From positions 72,328 through 104,327 of the forward strand of contig DAIQOK010000003.1 of the NCBI GenBank assembly GCA_036787895.1: a stretch of 32,000 bases of DNA. Reading direction: 5' to 3'. The notes below the pieces were generated by a model. It made no database searches and was not told where the DNA came from. It worked only from the letters and a program-made list of their open reading frames with translations. The translations under genes and the position numbers were made by a program. Source of the stretch: Bacteroidota bacterium. Its GTDB lineage: Bacteria > Bacteroidota > Bacteroidia > UBA7662. Position 1 is the stretch's first letter; each line of letters begins with the position of its first letter. This document shows, one piece after another, positions 1-8,718 of this stretch.

Positions 1-761
1 CTGGCACTATAGCTGTTGCGATTGATGAGTATCGCCAGTTTGCCTGTGTATTTAAGGGGCGATGTTGCTGGAATTACTTTAACAGCAAGCTCTGGACCAA
101 AATCATCGGGTTTTGGTCCGTTTTTCAATCGACTATAATAACCAATTCGCTCTACATCAGTAAAACGACCGGCCAATGAATGGGCATTTTGGATAGAACC
201 GCCACCATTCGAGCGCAAATCGAGTATTACCCCATCTACATCCAACATTTTTTCCATGACAAAATTCAGCTCAGTCCCACTGAAGCCGTTCATAAAGGAG
301 CGGTAGCTGATCAGTCCGAATCGTTTTCCTAAAGTATCAAGCACCGTATGCTGAAAAGGGCCTGTTATATAATACTTGTTGATATCACGCAGCAGATAAC
401 GTTCCTGGAGTAAACGACCATCATAATTTTGAGGTCGCCCTAAAAAGACAGGATAATAAACCGAATAGGTAAACGGACTCGACAGATTTACATGACCATC
501 GCGTAGTTCATTCAGCATCTCTGCCAATACACGGAACAAAGCCTCCTGCGACATCTCAGGACGTATTCTGGGACTATAATTGGCATACACTGTATCCCAA
601 TTCACGCCTTTGTACTCCAAAAAGCTGTATTTAGTGCGGACTTCTTCCCACAGATAATCGAAGTTAGCCCGGGGAGAGGCATTGGGCTGCTCACCTAAAA
701 ATGCCTTGGTACAGCTTACAAGTCCGGCAAGCAAAAGCAGAAATAAGGCTGTCTTTTTCAT
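1..761 (-). CDS. S41 family peptidase (C-terminal processing / tail-specific protease-like), lipoprotein. Only the N-terminal ~253 codons are present; the gene runs off the left edge of the window.
   Basis: This ORF is absent from the ORF track because it is open at the window edge. My minus-strand translation from the ATG at 759-761 reads MKKTALFLLLLAGLVSCTKAF (lipobox LVSC). It continues with ANFDYLWEEVRTKYSFLEYKGVNWD, LNELRDGHVNL, VILDLRSNGGGS and INRNSYSAS at the edge. These match S41 hallmark motifs (DLRxNxGG and the SxSAS serine region). Confidence 0.8.
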   Translation of the reverse strand, partial: MKKTALFLLLLAGLVSCTKAFLGEQPNASPRANFDYLWEEVRTKYSFLEYKGVNWDTVYANYSPRIRPEMSQEALFRVLAEMLNELRDGHVNLSSPFTYSVYYPVFLGRPQNYDGRLLQERYLLRDINKYYITGPFQHTVLDTLGKRFGLISYRSFMNGFSGTELNFVMEKMLDVDGVILDLRSNGGGSIQNAHSLAGRFTDVERIGYYSRLKNGPKPDDFGPELAVKVIPATSPLKYTGKLAILINRNSYSA

Positions 762-1675
762 CGGCGTTGTTCAGGGTGTGTGTCTAGTTTAATGCGTAAG
801 CCAACCAAAAGCTGGCTATTGGCTGAGCGAGTAGCCTGGTTGTTTTGTTCGTAAGCATAGCCCGTCCATTGCCACTGCAAACTCAATGCATTCCCATTCT
901 TCAGAAAATAATGGGCATACAACTGATTTTTGAGGTAGAGATAATTGCCTGCCAGGGTAACATTCAGATTCTCCTTTAAATCCTGCCTTATGCCTGCATT
1001 AGGGTCATTACCGAGGGTATTGTGCAGCCCGATATAAGGTGTACGCAGATGTGCGGCTACGACCGGCAACTCCAATTGCCAGCCAATACGTATCGGTCGA
1101 TAGGCAGCTCGGGTATATTTAAAAATCCAAAAACGATAGGTTTTGTCGGATTTCAGTCGAAATGGAAATTCCAATCGGCTTACCCCTCCCAAGCCAAGCA
1201 TGGCATCGTAACCCAGGCTGCCATTTTCCAGCGCAGCATTATCTCTGATTTGCATATAGGCTTGCGTACCATAGCCGGCATACCATTGTAGCCGACCGAG
1301 AGCTGCTTTCACACGCCAAAGCCGGGCACTGTTGGCCTGAAAACCATAACAATCGGCCACATTTAATCCTAAACGACTGCTTTGTTGATTGGTGACCATA
1401 CCCGAATAAAATTGTATTTCGGTACTATATATTTTTTTTAGCTGTATACGTTCATAGCCAACTCCCATACCCCAACCTTTGCCCAAATAGGCCCTGGGTG
1501 ATTGTACTTCATCTTTAAAACCCATAAAGGCCGGTCCATTATTGAGCTGCAGACTTCGGTTAGCTATAGCTTTGTTTTTAGCCCACCACGGTGTGCTCGC
1601 CTGCAAGCTGCCGGCTGAAAACAAACCAACCAGAAACAGCAGCAAGAACCAGTGGGATGTATTGGGCTTTATCAT
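758..1675 (-). CDS. Secreted hypothetical protein, beta-barrel-like (possibly outer membrane)
   Basis: A 305-aa ORF with an ATG start. It has an N-terminal signal peptide (WFLLLFLVGLFSAGSLQAS) and is rich in aromatic/Gly alternating segments. Its stop overlaps the S41 peptidase ATG by 4 nt (ATGA), and its start lies 9 nt after the kinase stop. I recognise no named family. Confidence 0.6.
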   Translation of the reverse strand: MIKPNTSHWFLLLFLVGLFSAGSLQASTPWWAKNKAIANRSLQLNNGPAFMGFKDEVQSPRAYLGKGWGMGVGYERIQLKKIYSTEIQFYSGMVTNQQSSRLGLNVADCYGFQANSARLWRVKAALGRLQWYAGYGTQAYMQIRDNAALENGSLGYDAMLGLGGVSRLEFPFRLKSDKTYRFWIFKYTRAAYRPIRIGWQLELPVVAAHLRTPYIGLHNTLGNDPNAGIRQDLKENLNVTLAGNYLYLKNQLYAHYFLKNGNALSLQWQWTGYAYEQNNQATRSANSQLLVGLRIKLDTHPEQRR

Positions 1676-1684
1676 AGGCTTGTT

Positions 1685-4072
1685 TTAGGAGTTTTGCTTA
1701 AAGCGGGTTCCTTTGGCAAGGAGGATTTCCAATATGGTTTTCCTCAAATCGTCGGGGTTAAACGGCTTTACCACCACAGCATCCACACCAGCACCGAAGG
1801 CATCGTGCTCAACCTCTTTAGGTAAACTTGCAGTCAAGGCGATGATTGCAACCTGCTCACCGCGCGCACGCAATTGGCGGGTAGCCTCATAGCCATCCAT
1901 AACCGGCATATGTAAATCCATAAGGACAAGTCCGTGTTTCTGTGCATCCATTTGCATGAGGGCTTCAGCACCATTGGTAGCTACTTCAATTACAGCACCC
2001 CAACGCTGTAAAAATGCCTTGGCAACCATGACGTTCAACGCATTGTCTTCTACCAATAATATTTCCAAGCCCTGTAATGGCTTGCCTTGCTGGTCATCCT
2101 CCAGATAATCCAGTCTCTCCTCGTTTGGATCGGCTACCTCTTCGTCGCTTTCAGTCAGCCAGATGTCAAAATAAAAGCGTGAGCCTTTATCTTCTTCACT
2201 CTCCAGCAACAATTGTGTCCCTTGGTATTCGAGTATACGCCGGGCAATCGATAAGCCTAATCCGGTTCCGCCAAAACTCCGTGAGGTTGATGAATCGGCT
2301 TGGGTAAATCGCTCAAAAATCAGTTGCTGCTTACTGGCGGCAATGCCAATACCACTATCTATCACCTCAAATCGGACACAACATTTTTGCTCTTCCTTCG
2401 CTACCAAACTTACCCGAAGGCGTACTGAGCCTACTTTGGTAAATTTAATGGCATTGTGCAGCAGATTTACCAACACTTGGCTGAGGCGAGTGGGATCGGT
2501 GAGCAGTTTTTTATGAAACCGATGTTCTATTTCAATCTGCATTTCCAGGCCTTTCTCGTCGCCTTGTGACCGTAGCCCCAGGAAGATATTTTTACTCAAG
2601 GCGGCAATGTCCACAGGTATCGATTCCACGCTGATTTTACCGGCTTCTATTTTGTTATAATCGAGAATGTCGTTGACGATGCTCAACAAATTTCTGGCAG
2701 CAAAAAGCAAAACGTTCAGCTGTTCGTATTGGTCAGCGCGCGGTTTGTCTTTCAACAGAATATGGGTCATGCCGATGACCGAATTCAAGGGCGTTCTGAT
2801 TTCATGGCTCATGGTACTCAGAAACTCCGACTTGGCCCGCAACGCTTTCTCTGCATCCCGACGTGCGATATTCAATTGCTCTGCAAACCGATAACTAAGT
2901 ATCAACGACTGTAAGAAAAAAAATAGAATATAACCAATAAACAAAATAACCCTGTCGAGCATAAGTACGCCGAAATACTGAAAATTAATCAGTAACATCA
3001 CCACTAAGACCACAGCTGTGCTCCACAAGGCATAACCAGAACCCAGAATTTTGTTTCGATAAGCCTTCAGATATACCCAAAAAATATAGAAGGTAAAGGC
3101 AAACATCAAAGTCAGATAGGCATTGATGGTCTGGGTAAAAACCACCGGTGGCGACAATAATACCAAAGCGGCAAGTCCACCATTAATAAAAACAGCCAGT
3201 CGCACTACCCAACCATCGGTTTCTTTCGGGTAAAGCCGGAGTGTATAAAAACAAAAAAACAGTATGCTAATGAAAAGCGTAAAGTACTCCAGCCTGACGG
3301 TGATATGCCAGCTTAAATCTGGTAAAAGCTGATGTAAAACATAATTATTTGTACCAACGATACGATAGGTATAGGACAAACAAAACAAGGCGAAGAATAA
3401 AATCACTTTATCATACCGGCCAAATCGATATAAACCCAGAAAAAACAGGCCACCCATCAACAAACAGCCAAATAAAATCAGATCGTAGGCATTATCTAAT
3501 CTTTTTTTTCTTGCTAAGCTTGTCAAATCACCTATCCTAATCGGCTTATATGGCCCACCTTTGGAATGCCAGAAATTAGCAATATGCAGCACAATATGCA
3601 AGCTGTCTTCATCGGCCTTTAAAGGCAAAAGTTTTCGTTCCCAGCGTGGAATGGCTCTACTTTCTATGCTATCAGGCCTACCATTTTGTAAAACTAACTT
3701 TCCGTTGATGTAAAGCGCATAACTTGAGTATACATCCGGCATCGATAAAGCCAGGCTTTTTTTACCCGGTTGAAGCAGGACTGTCAGTTGATAGCTTGCA
3801 AACCCCTGCGCTTTTAATGCCTGACCGTCTAAAACGAGTTTATTCCACCGCATTGGAAATGGCACCAAGGCAGCTTGCGGTTGGGGTGGTAAAGCAGGAT
3901 CAATCAGTTCGTTCCAGAAAAAGCGCCAGTTGCCGTCGAGATTGATGGCTGAATCATTCAGATTAATGGCGCGTAAATCTGCCAATCCATCCCTGGTCAC
4001 TTGCCCACTCAGTGTTTTGCCAAACAAGACGCTTACCAGCAGCAGTAACAACCAAGTACGAAATAGAGCCAT
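1685..4072 (-). CDS. Hybrid sensor histidine kinase / response regulator with a 7TMR-DISM-type N-terminal sensor and 7TM region
   Basis: H-box SEFLSTMSHEIRTPLNSVIGM, N-box LLHNAIKFT, G-boxes DSGIGI and GGTGLGLSI. The C-terminal receiver reads ILLVEDNALNV...LVLMDLHMPVMDG. A multi-TM block spans roughly aa 200-400, preceded by an extracytoplasmic domain (LDGNWRFFWNELI). The track ORF begins at a TTG (4093). The first ATG is at 4070-4072 (MALFRTWLLLLLVSVLFG), and I use that as the start. Confidence 0.85.
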   Translation of the reverse strand: MALFRTWLLLLLVSVLFGKTLSGQVTRDGLADLRAINLNDSAINLDGNWRFFWNELIDPALPPQPQAALVPFPMRWNKLVLDGQALKAQGFASYQLTVLLQPGKKSLALSMPDVYSSYALYINGKLVLQNGRPDSIESRAIPRWERKLLPLKADEDSLHIVLHIANFWHSKGGPYKPIRIGDLTSLARKKRLDNAYDLILFGCLLMGGLFFLGLYRFGRYDKVILFFALFCLSYTYRIVGTNNYVLHQLLPDLSWHITVRLEYFTLFISILFFCFYTLRLYPKETDGWVVRLAVFINGGLAALVLLSPPVVFTQTINAYLTLMFAFTFYIFWVYLKAYRNKILGSGYALWSTAVVLVVMLLINFQYFGVLMLDRVILFIGYILFFFLQSLILSYRFAEQLNIARRDAEKALRAKSEFLSTMSHEIRTPLNSVIGMTHILLKDKPRADQYEQLNVLLFAARNLLSIVNDILDYNKIEAGKISVESIPVDIAALSKNIFLGLRSQGDEKGLEMQIEIEHRFHKKLLTDPTRLSQVLVNLLHNAIKFTKVGSVRLRVSLVAKEEQKCCVRFEVIDSGIGIAASKQQLIFERFTQADSSTSRSFGGTGLGLSIARRILEYQGTQLLLESEEDKGSRFYFDIWLTESDEEVADPNEERLDYLEDDQQGKPLQGLEILLVEDNALNVMVAKAFLQRWGAVIEVATNGAEALMQMDAQKHGLVLMDLHMPVMDGYEATRQLRARGEQVAIIALTASLPKEVEHDAFGAGVDAVVVKPFNPDDLRKTILEILLAKGTRFKQNS

Positions 4073-4116
4073 CTGGTACGGAAAAACAATCAAACGCCGA
4101 AAGAACAGCTAATATC

Positions 4117-4124
4117 CAAAATTA
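4117..4124 (-). promoter_or_regulatory. Candidate Bacteroidota -7 promoter box (TAATTTTG) upstream of the hybrid kinase
   Basis: The reverse complement of caaaatta matches TAnnTTTG and lies 45 nt upstream of the ATG at 4072. Only a single short motif supports this call. Confidence 0.3.
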
Positions 4125-4168
4125 TATACGCTCTTTCTGCAACATTTTTCGCATGGCAGGAAGAATTA

Positions 4169-4621
4169 CTAAGGCAAGGGGCTGCCTACAGCTACAGCAC
4201 AATCATGCCCGGGCTGACCATGTTCCGGATTTAGCCGTTTGCCACCACTACTTGCTGGTGCCGGGTTGTTGCGTTCGGTAGTCGGGGCAGCCTGGGTAGC
4301 CGGTAATGTTTGATCTTGCGCTGTATTTAGCTGGGTGGTAATTTCATTTGAATTACCGATGGGTGCATTTAATGGCGAGCCCACCGGAATATCACAACGG
4401 TGGCCGGGTTGACCGTGCTCCGGGTTCAAGGCGGTATTACCCATGGAAGCAGCCGGTTGTGGTGACTGTATAGGCTGCTCAGGTACCATCATGGGCGCAT
4501 CGCCCGAAGCATTTCCCTGGTTACCGATAACAGGTGCAGGTTTATAGGTATTGGCAGGTTGTGTATTGCAGGCCGTAATAAACAAGGCTGTAAAGGAAAG
4601 AAGTAGAAGAGACTTTTGCAT
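4169..4621 (-). CDS. Lipoprotein with Pro/Gln/Ala-rich linkers and two copies of an LNPEHGQPGHxC...VGSPL motif (putative His/Cys metal-binding)
   Basis: The track ORF is extended upstream to a TTG at 4699. The ATG at 4619-4621 gives MQKSLLLLSFTALFITAC, a classical lipoprotein signal with a lipobox Cys. The two 20-aa motif copies lie at 4370-4429 and 4175-4234. Confidence 0.7.
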   Translation of the reverse strand: MQKSLLLLSFTALFITACNTQPANTYKPAPVIGNQGNASGDAPMMVPEQPIQSPQPAASMGNTALNPEHGQPGHRCDIPVGSPLNAPIGNSNEITTQLNTAQDQTLPATQAAPTTERNNPAPASSGGKRLNPEHGQPGHDCAVAVGSPLP

Positions 4622-4699
4622 TTGATTCGTTTCAGTTGTACAAGTTAAGTGCTTTATCACCAAAAAAGTGCCCAAACCGTCGATCTTCTTGCCAATCAA

Positions 4700-6184
4700 T
4701 TAAACTAACTTTTTACGGTCCAGCTTACCGGAATCGTTTTTAGGTATTTCATCCACAAAAACAAAGGACTTGGGGACCTTAAATTTTGCCAGCTCTCCAA
4801 TACAATAAGCTTTCAACTGATCAGCCGTTAAAGTTGCCTCTTTTTTCAGTACAATAAATGCTTTGCCGACCTCTCCCCACTTTTCATCAGCTACACCAAT
4901 CACCACGGCTTCACTGATGGCAGGATGGGTCAACAAATACTTCTCAATTTCGGCCGGGTAAACATTTTCGCCACCGCTTATAAACATATTTTTGAGTCGG
5001 TCGACCACATACAGATATCCTTCCTCATCCCTTCTCAAAAGGTCACCCGTATGAAACCAACCAGCCGTAATGGCTTTGGCCGTAGCCTCAGGCTGATTCC
5101 AATATCCTGGCGTGACCACATTTCCTTTCAGCCACAGCTCGCCGGTTCCGGCCCCGCTTACAATGGATCCATCTGCATCAACCAGTTGGGTTTCGAGATA
5201 AAAATTAGGGAAACCAATAGAGCCTATTTTTCGGATCGCATCTTCCTGGGGTAGAGAGGTGACATTGGGGCCCACTTCGGTAAGTCCATAACCTTGCCGA
5301 ATGGGTACACCCTTTTTATTCCATGCCTCAATAACCGGTATGGGCAATGCCTCGCCTCCTACAATAAAATAACGCAAATGGCTTAAATCAGTGCTGTTGA
5401 ATGTCTCGCATTCACTCAACATTTTAATCATGGTAGGTACCACCATAAAGACATTTATTTGCTCCTTTTCGAGCAGCGACATCACCAAATCCGGTTCGAA
5501 ATGCGGCAAAAGGATGATGCTTGCACCAAAATGAAGAAAAGGGGTAGTCAGCACATTCCATCCACCAGTATGAAAGGGTGGCATACACATCAAAGTGCGA
5601 TCGTTGCAGCTTATTTGTAGCCGTAAAGCAGTATTCAGGCTATTCCAAACCAGCATTTTATGGGTATACAGTGCCCCTTTGGGAAAACCCGTAGTGCCAC
5701 TGGTGTAAAGGATAAAAATGGGGTCATCCTCACTTAAGGCTACTGAACTGAAATCAACCGACAATGCTGCATTAGCCATAATTTTACTGATTTCCCCGAA
5801 CGCCCACCAGCCAATGCCCTGGGCTTGAGGTGCTTCTTCGAGCAGTGTTTTGAATTTAGGACTGAACAACAGCAGCGCAGGTGCAGCATCCCCGAGCAGG
5901 TAGTCAATCTCCCGGGAAGCTAAACGGTAATTCAAGGGAACAAGCACGATGCCCGTTTTTTGGGCAGCGGCAAACAATACAATATACTCCAAACTAAATT
6001 CGGCCAGTATAGCCAAACGATCGCCCCGGTTGATACCACGGCTGGTTAATGCCAGAGCAACCCGACAAGCAGCAGCATCCAATTCGGCATAAGTCATTTG
6101 CCGACTGCTAAGTGCCTCTTTTACTGCCAATTGGCGGGGACTGTACAAACGCCACTTGGCAGACCAATCAAATTCGCTAGTCAT
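4700..6184 (-). CDS. Class I adenylate-forming enzyme (AMP-dependent acyl-CoA synthetase/ligase family)
   Basis: AMP-binding motifs are YTSGTTGFPKGA, GYGLTE and TGDLLRRDEEGYLYVVDRLK, with a C-terminal catalytic Lys region SGKLDRKKL. Its ATG overlaps the symporter stop by 4 nt. Confidence 0.85.
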   Translation of the reverse strand: MTSEFDWSAKWRLYSPRQLAVKEALSSRQMTYAELDAAACRVALALTSRGINRGDRLAILAEFSLEYIVLFAAAQKTGIVLVPLNYRLASREIDYLLGDAAPALLLFSPKFKTLLEEAPQAQGIGWWAFGEISKIMANAALSVDFSSVALSEDDPIFILYTSGTTGFPKGALYTHKMLVWNSLNTALRLQISCNDRTLMCMPPFHTGGWNVLTTPFLHFGASIILLPHFEPDLVMSLLEKEQINVFMVVPTMIKMLSECETFNSTDLSHLRYFIVGGEALPIPVIEAWNKKGVPIRQGYGLTEVGPNVTSLPQEDAIRKIGSIGFPNFYLETQLVDADGSIVSGAGTGELWLKGNVVTPGYWNQPEATAKAITAGWFHTGDLLRRDEEGYLYVVDRLKNMFISGGENVYPAEIEKYLLTHPAISEAVVIGVADEKWGEVGKAFIVLKKEATLTADQLKAYCIGELAKFKVPKSFVFVDEIPKNDSGKLDRKKLV

Positions 6185-7659
6185 AATTTGGTTCTTCTAG
6201 ATAAGAGATACAATATTCCAGCGGTTAAGAGACTCGCCGATATCGCCAATGCTGCCGGAATGGCCGGATTTTTAACTTCGGCCTGCATATAAGGTGTAAG
6301 TTCTCCGTAATAAACGCCAAAATGCACCAGTAAGGCCAGCAAAGAAGCAGGAGCAACAACTTTTAAACTGGCACGAGGTAAAAACATCCCGAACAACACC
6401 GGTACAAAAGCCGCAGCGAAATAAGCATAAACCCCATGCTGAGCAAAAATTGCTACGCTTAAATTAGGTGCTATTAGCTGCTGATAGCTAAAATAACCAC
6501 TTACTAGCGCCAGTATCACAATAACCATTCTATTGACCCCTATCCGGCGGCTATCTGATTTATTCGCCAGCTTCGGTAAAAAAGCAGGGAGCAAATCGTT
6601 GGAGACAGTCGTACTCAACGACTGAATTAATCCTTCCAAGGTGGAGATACCGGCTGAGATTAAGCCAAGCACAACCACCAAACTTATCCAAACCGGAAAT
6701 TCTGCCACCACATAAGTGGATAAAATAGCATCGGCTTTGATCGGCAGACCATCGAAGGTCAGCCTGGGGAACATTAAACGAGCATACAAACCGGTAAATA
6801 CTACCGAAAAAAAGATGAATTCAACAATTACAGCAACGGTTAGAAAACGGTTAACATCCTTTTCTTCTTTCAGCAAAAGCGCTTTGGTGATGATGTGTGG
6901 TTGGCAAACAATGGCAATGCCGATCATGAATTGCGCAAAACCTATCTCAAACCAATCCCGGAAAAGCACACTTTGGGCATTGGTTGGAGCAACCAAAACA
7001 GGATCAATTGTTTTGAGTTTGGCTAAAAATCCTTTCACTCCTTCACTAAAATGTTCGTAGCCCGAGCCCAACAATATAAAAGCTATAATTAACATCAGTA
7101 CAGCTTGAATTAAATTGGTATACACCATACTATTGGCTCCACCAAACATCATATAACCAAAAACAAAAATTACAATGCCAATTAAAACTGTTGTAGGCGA
7201 CAGATTAAGTGATTTGGAGACAATTTGAGTCAATCCAACATTTATCAATACAATAAATGTTATCAGTAACAAGGCCAGTATCGCAAAAAAGAGGGCGTAA
7301 TTTTTACTTTCATAGCGACTACCCATCCATTGGGCAAGACTGAGGGCTTTAACCGTTTGGCCATACTTTCGAAAACCCTTGCTTAGTACCACCAGGGAAA
7401 TCAAGGCAGCTATAGGCATCACAACACCATAACTGAGTACCCCGCTCAGTCCGTACATCGCAATAAAACCCGGGTTGATTATAAATGTAGCTGCACTTGT
7501 CATACTTGCAGCTAAAGCCAAACCCACTGCTACCGGTGAAAAGGTCACGTTGCCAACCGCATAATCCGACAGGCTTTTAATTTTTAAGGCAGCCCTAACA
7601 ACAATAAGCAAGGTTACGGCCATATATAGACTAATCAGGATGTAGCTGGCTGTTACCAT
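6181..7659 (-). CDS. Sodium:solute symporter (SSF) family transporter
   Basis: A 492-aa polytopic membrane protein with roughly 12-13 hydrophobic segments. Its overall pattern resembles PutP/PanF/ActP-type symporters. It starts 3 nt after the hydrolase stop. Confidence 0.75.
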   Translation of the reverse strand: MVTASYILISLYMAVTLLIVVRAALKIKSLSDYAVGNVTFSPVAVGLALAASMTSAATFIINPGFIAMYGLSGVLSYGVVMPIAALISLVVLSKGFRKYGQTVKALSLAQWMGSRYESKNYALFFAILALLLITFIVLINVGLTQIVSKSLNLSPTTVLIGIVIFVFGYMMFGGANSMVYTNLIQAVLMLIIAFILLGSGYEHFSEGVKGFLAKLKTIDPVLVAPTNAQSVLFRDWFEIGFAQFMIGIAIVCQPHIITKALLLKEEKDVNRFLTVAVIVEFIFFSVVFTGLYARLMFPRLTFDGLPIKADAILSTYVVAEFPVWISLVVVLGLISAGISTLEGLIQSLSTTVSNDLLPAFLPKLANKSDSRRIGVNRMVIVILALVSGYFSYQQLIAPNLSVAIFAQHGVYAYFAAAFVPVLFGMFLPRASLKVVAPASLLALLVHFGVYYGELTPYMQAEVKNPAIPAALAISASLLTAGILYLLSRRTKL

Positions 7660-7662
7660 GCT

Positions 7663-8700
7663 TTACGCCTTCAAAAAATTACGTACATGAGCAATAAATA
7701 AATCTGGCTGTTCAATAAACGGACTATGAGCAGTTCCGGCCATAACCAACTCTTCATATGCTCCACCCAGCTTTTTACGCTCTTCGAGTACAAAGCGGGT
7801 TTGCATGAGCATGGGTTGAGCAGGATATACCTCTTCTCCCGGATAATTGGGTACATAGCCCAATTTGCCTAAAGTGCCGAAATCGAACAGGCTGTTATCA
7901 CTTACGATTAAATCATCAGAACCACGCAGCCACAAAATGGGTATATGCGTAGTTTTTTGAACAAACTGATTAACACCATCATCCAAATACTTCGGTGAAG
8001 ACGCATTTATCGGACCCCATTTCCCGGGAGCAACAAAGGGATAGTTTGGAGAGCTGACAAAATCACCGGGATAACGTTCCGGGCCAATTTTTTCGGATAA
8101 AACACCCTCCAGCAATTCCTCCTCCCAATGTGGCACAAAAGGCGGTTTCCAGTAAAAACTATTCATCACCACGCGTGGACTTGCCTGAGGATTATCACTG
8201 CTTTTGTCTTGAGCGGCAATGAGCCGGGCAAATTCCGGATTTACGATACCCCCACCTGAGCCTGCAAAATCCGCAAAACAAGGCGTACCCTTTTCATCTT
8301 TTGTCCCGCCAAAACCATAAGGCGATGCCGGATTTACCAGTATAGCTTTCACAAATCGTTGAGGCGCTGAAGCCAATAAAGGCCAAATAATTCCACCTCC
8401 CAATGAATGCCCCACTACCGTGCATTTTTCTATGCCAAAATGGTCGAGTAATTCCAATAAATCAGCGACAAAATCACCAAATCCCTGCTCGGCATGGATT
8501 AAAAGATCTTCGGTTTGACCGTAACCTCGTAAATCAGGTGCCAGACAAAAATGAGTCGCCGAGAACTTCAATACCATCTCTTTCCAAAATACGGCAGAAG
8601 AAGCATTGCCATGAATGAACAACATGGCGGGTTGATCAGCTTCACCTGCCATCAGGAGATGCTGCTGTATTCGTTTGGTTTTGACTGCTACCGAAATCAT
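7663..8700 (-). CDS. Alpha/beta hydrolase (Ser-nucleophile)
   Basis: HG oxyanion motif FIHGNASS, nucleophile elbow GHSLGG, acid GSDDLIV and His in GTAHSPFIEQP. The protein is 345 aa, with a sizeable insertion (cap) between the nucleophile and the acid. Confidence 0.8.
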   Translation of the reverse strand: MISVAVKTKRIQQHLLMAGEADQPAMLFIHGNASSAVFWKEMVLKFSATHFCLAPDLRGYGQTEDLLIHAEQGFGDFVADLLELLDHFGIEKCTVVGHSLGGGIIWPLLASAPQRFVKAILVNPASPYGFGGTKDEKGTPCFADFAGSGGGIVNPEFARLIAAQDKSSDNPQASPRVVMNSFYWKPPFVPHWEEELLEGVLSEKIGPERYPGDFVSSPNYPFVAPGKWGPINASSPKYLDDGVNQFVQKTTHIPILWLRGSDDLIVSDNSLFDFGTLGKLGYVPNYPGEEVYPAQPMLMQTRFVLEERKKLGGAYEELVMAGTAHSPFIEQPDLFIAHVRNFLKA

Positions 8701-8718
8701 ACTACTGAATGCGTTGAA

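Noticed and set aside
4622-4699. N-terminal extensions in the ORF track that begin at TTG: the lipoprotein to 4699, the kinase to 4093, metH to 20715 and the TPR-MORN protein to 29970.
   Set aside because: In each case the first codon is TTG, and a downstream ATG yields a clean signal peptide or lipobox, or in metH the conserved N-terminus directly after a terminator. I moved the starts to 4621, 4072, 20703 and 29946.
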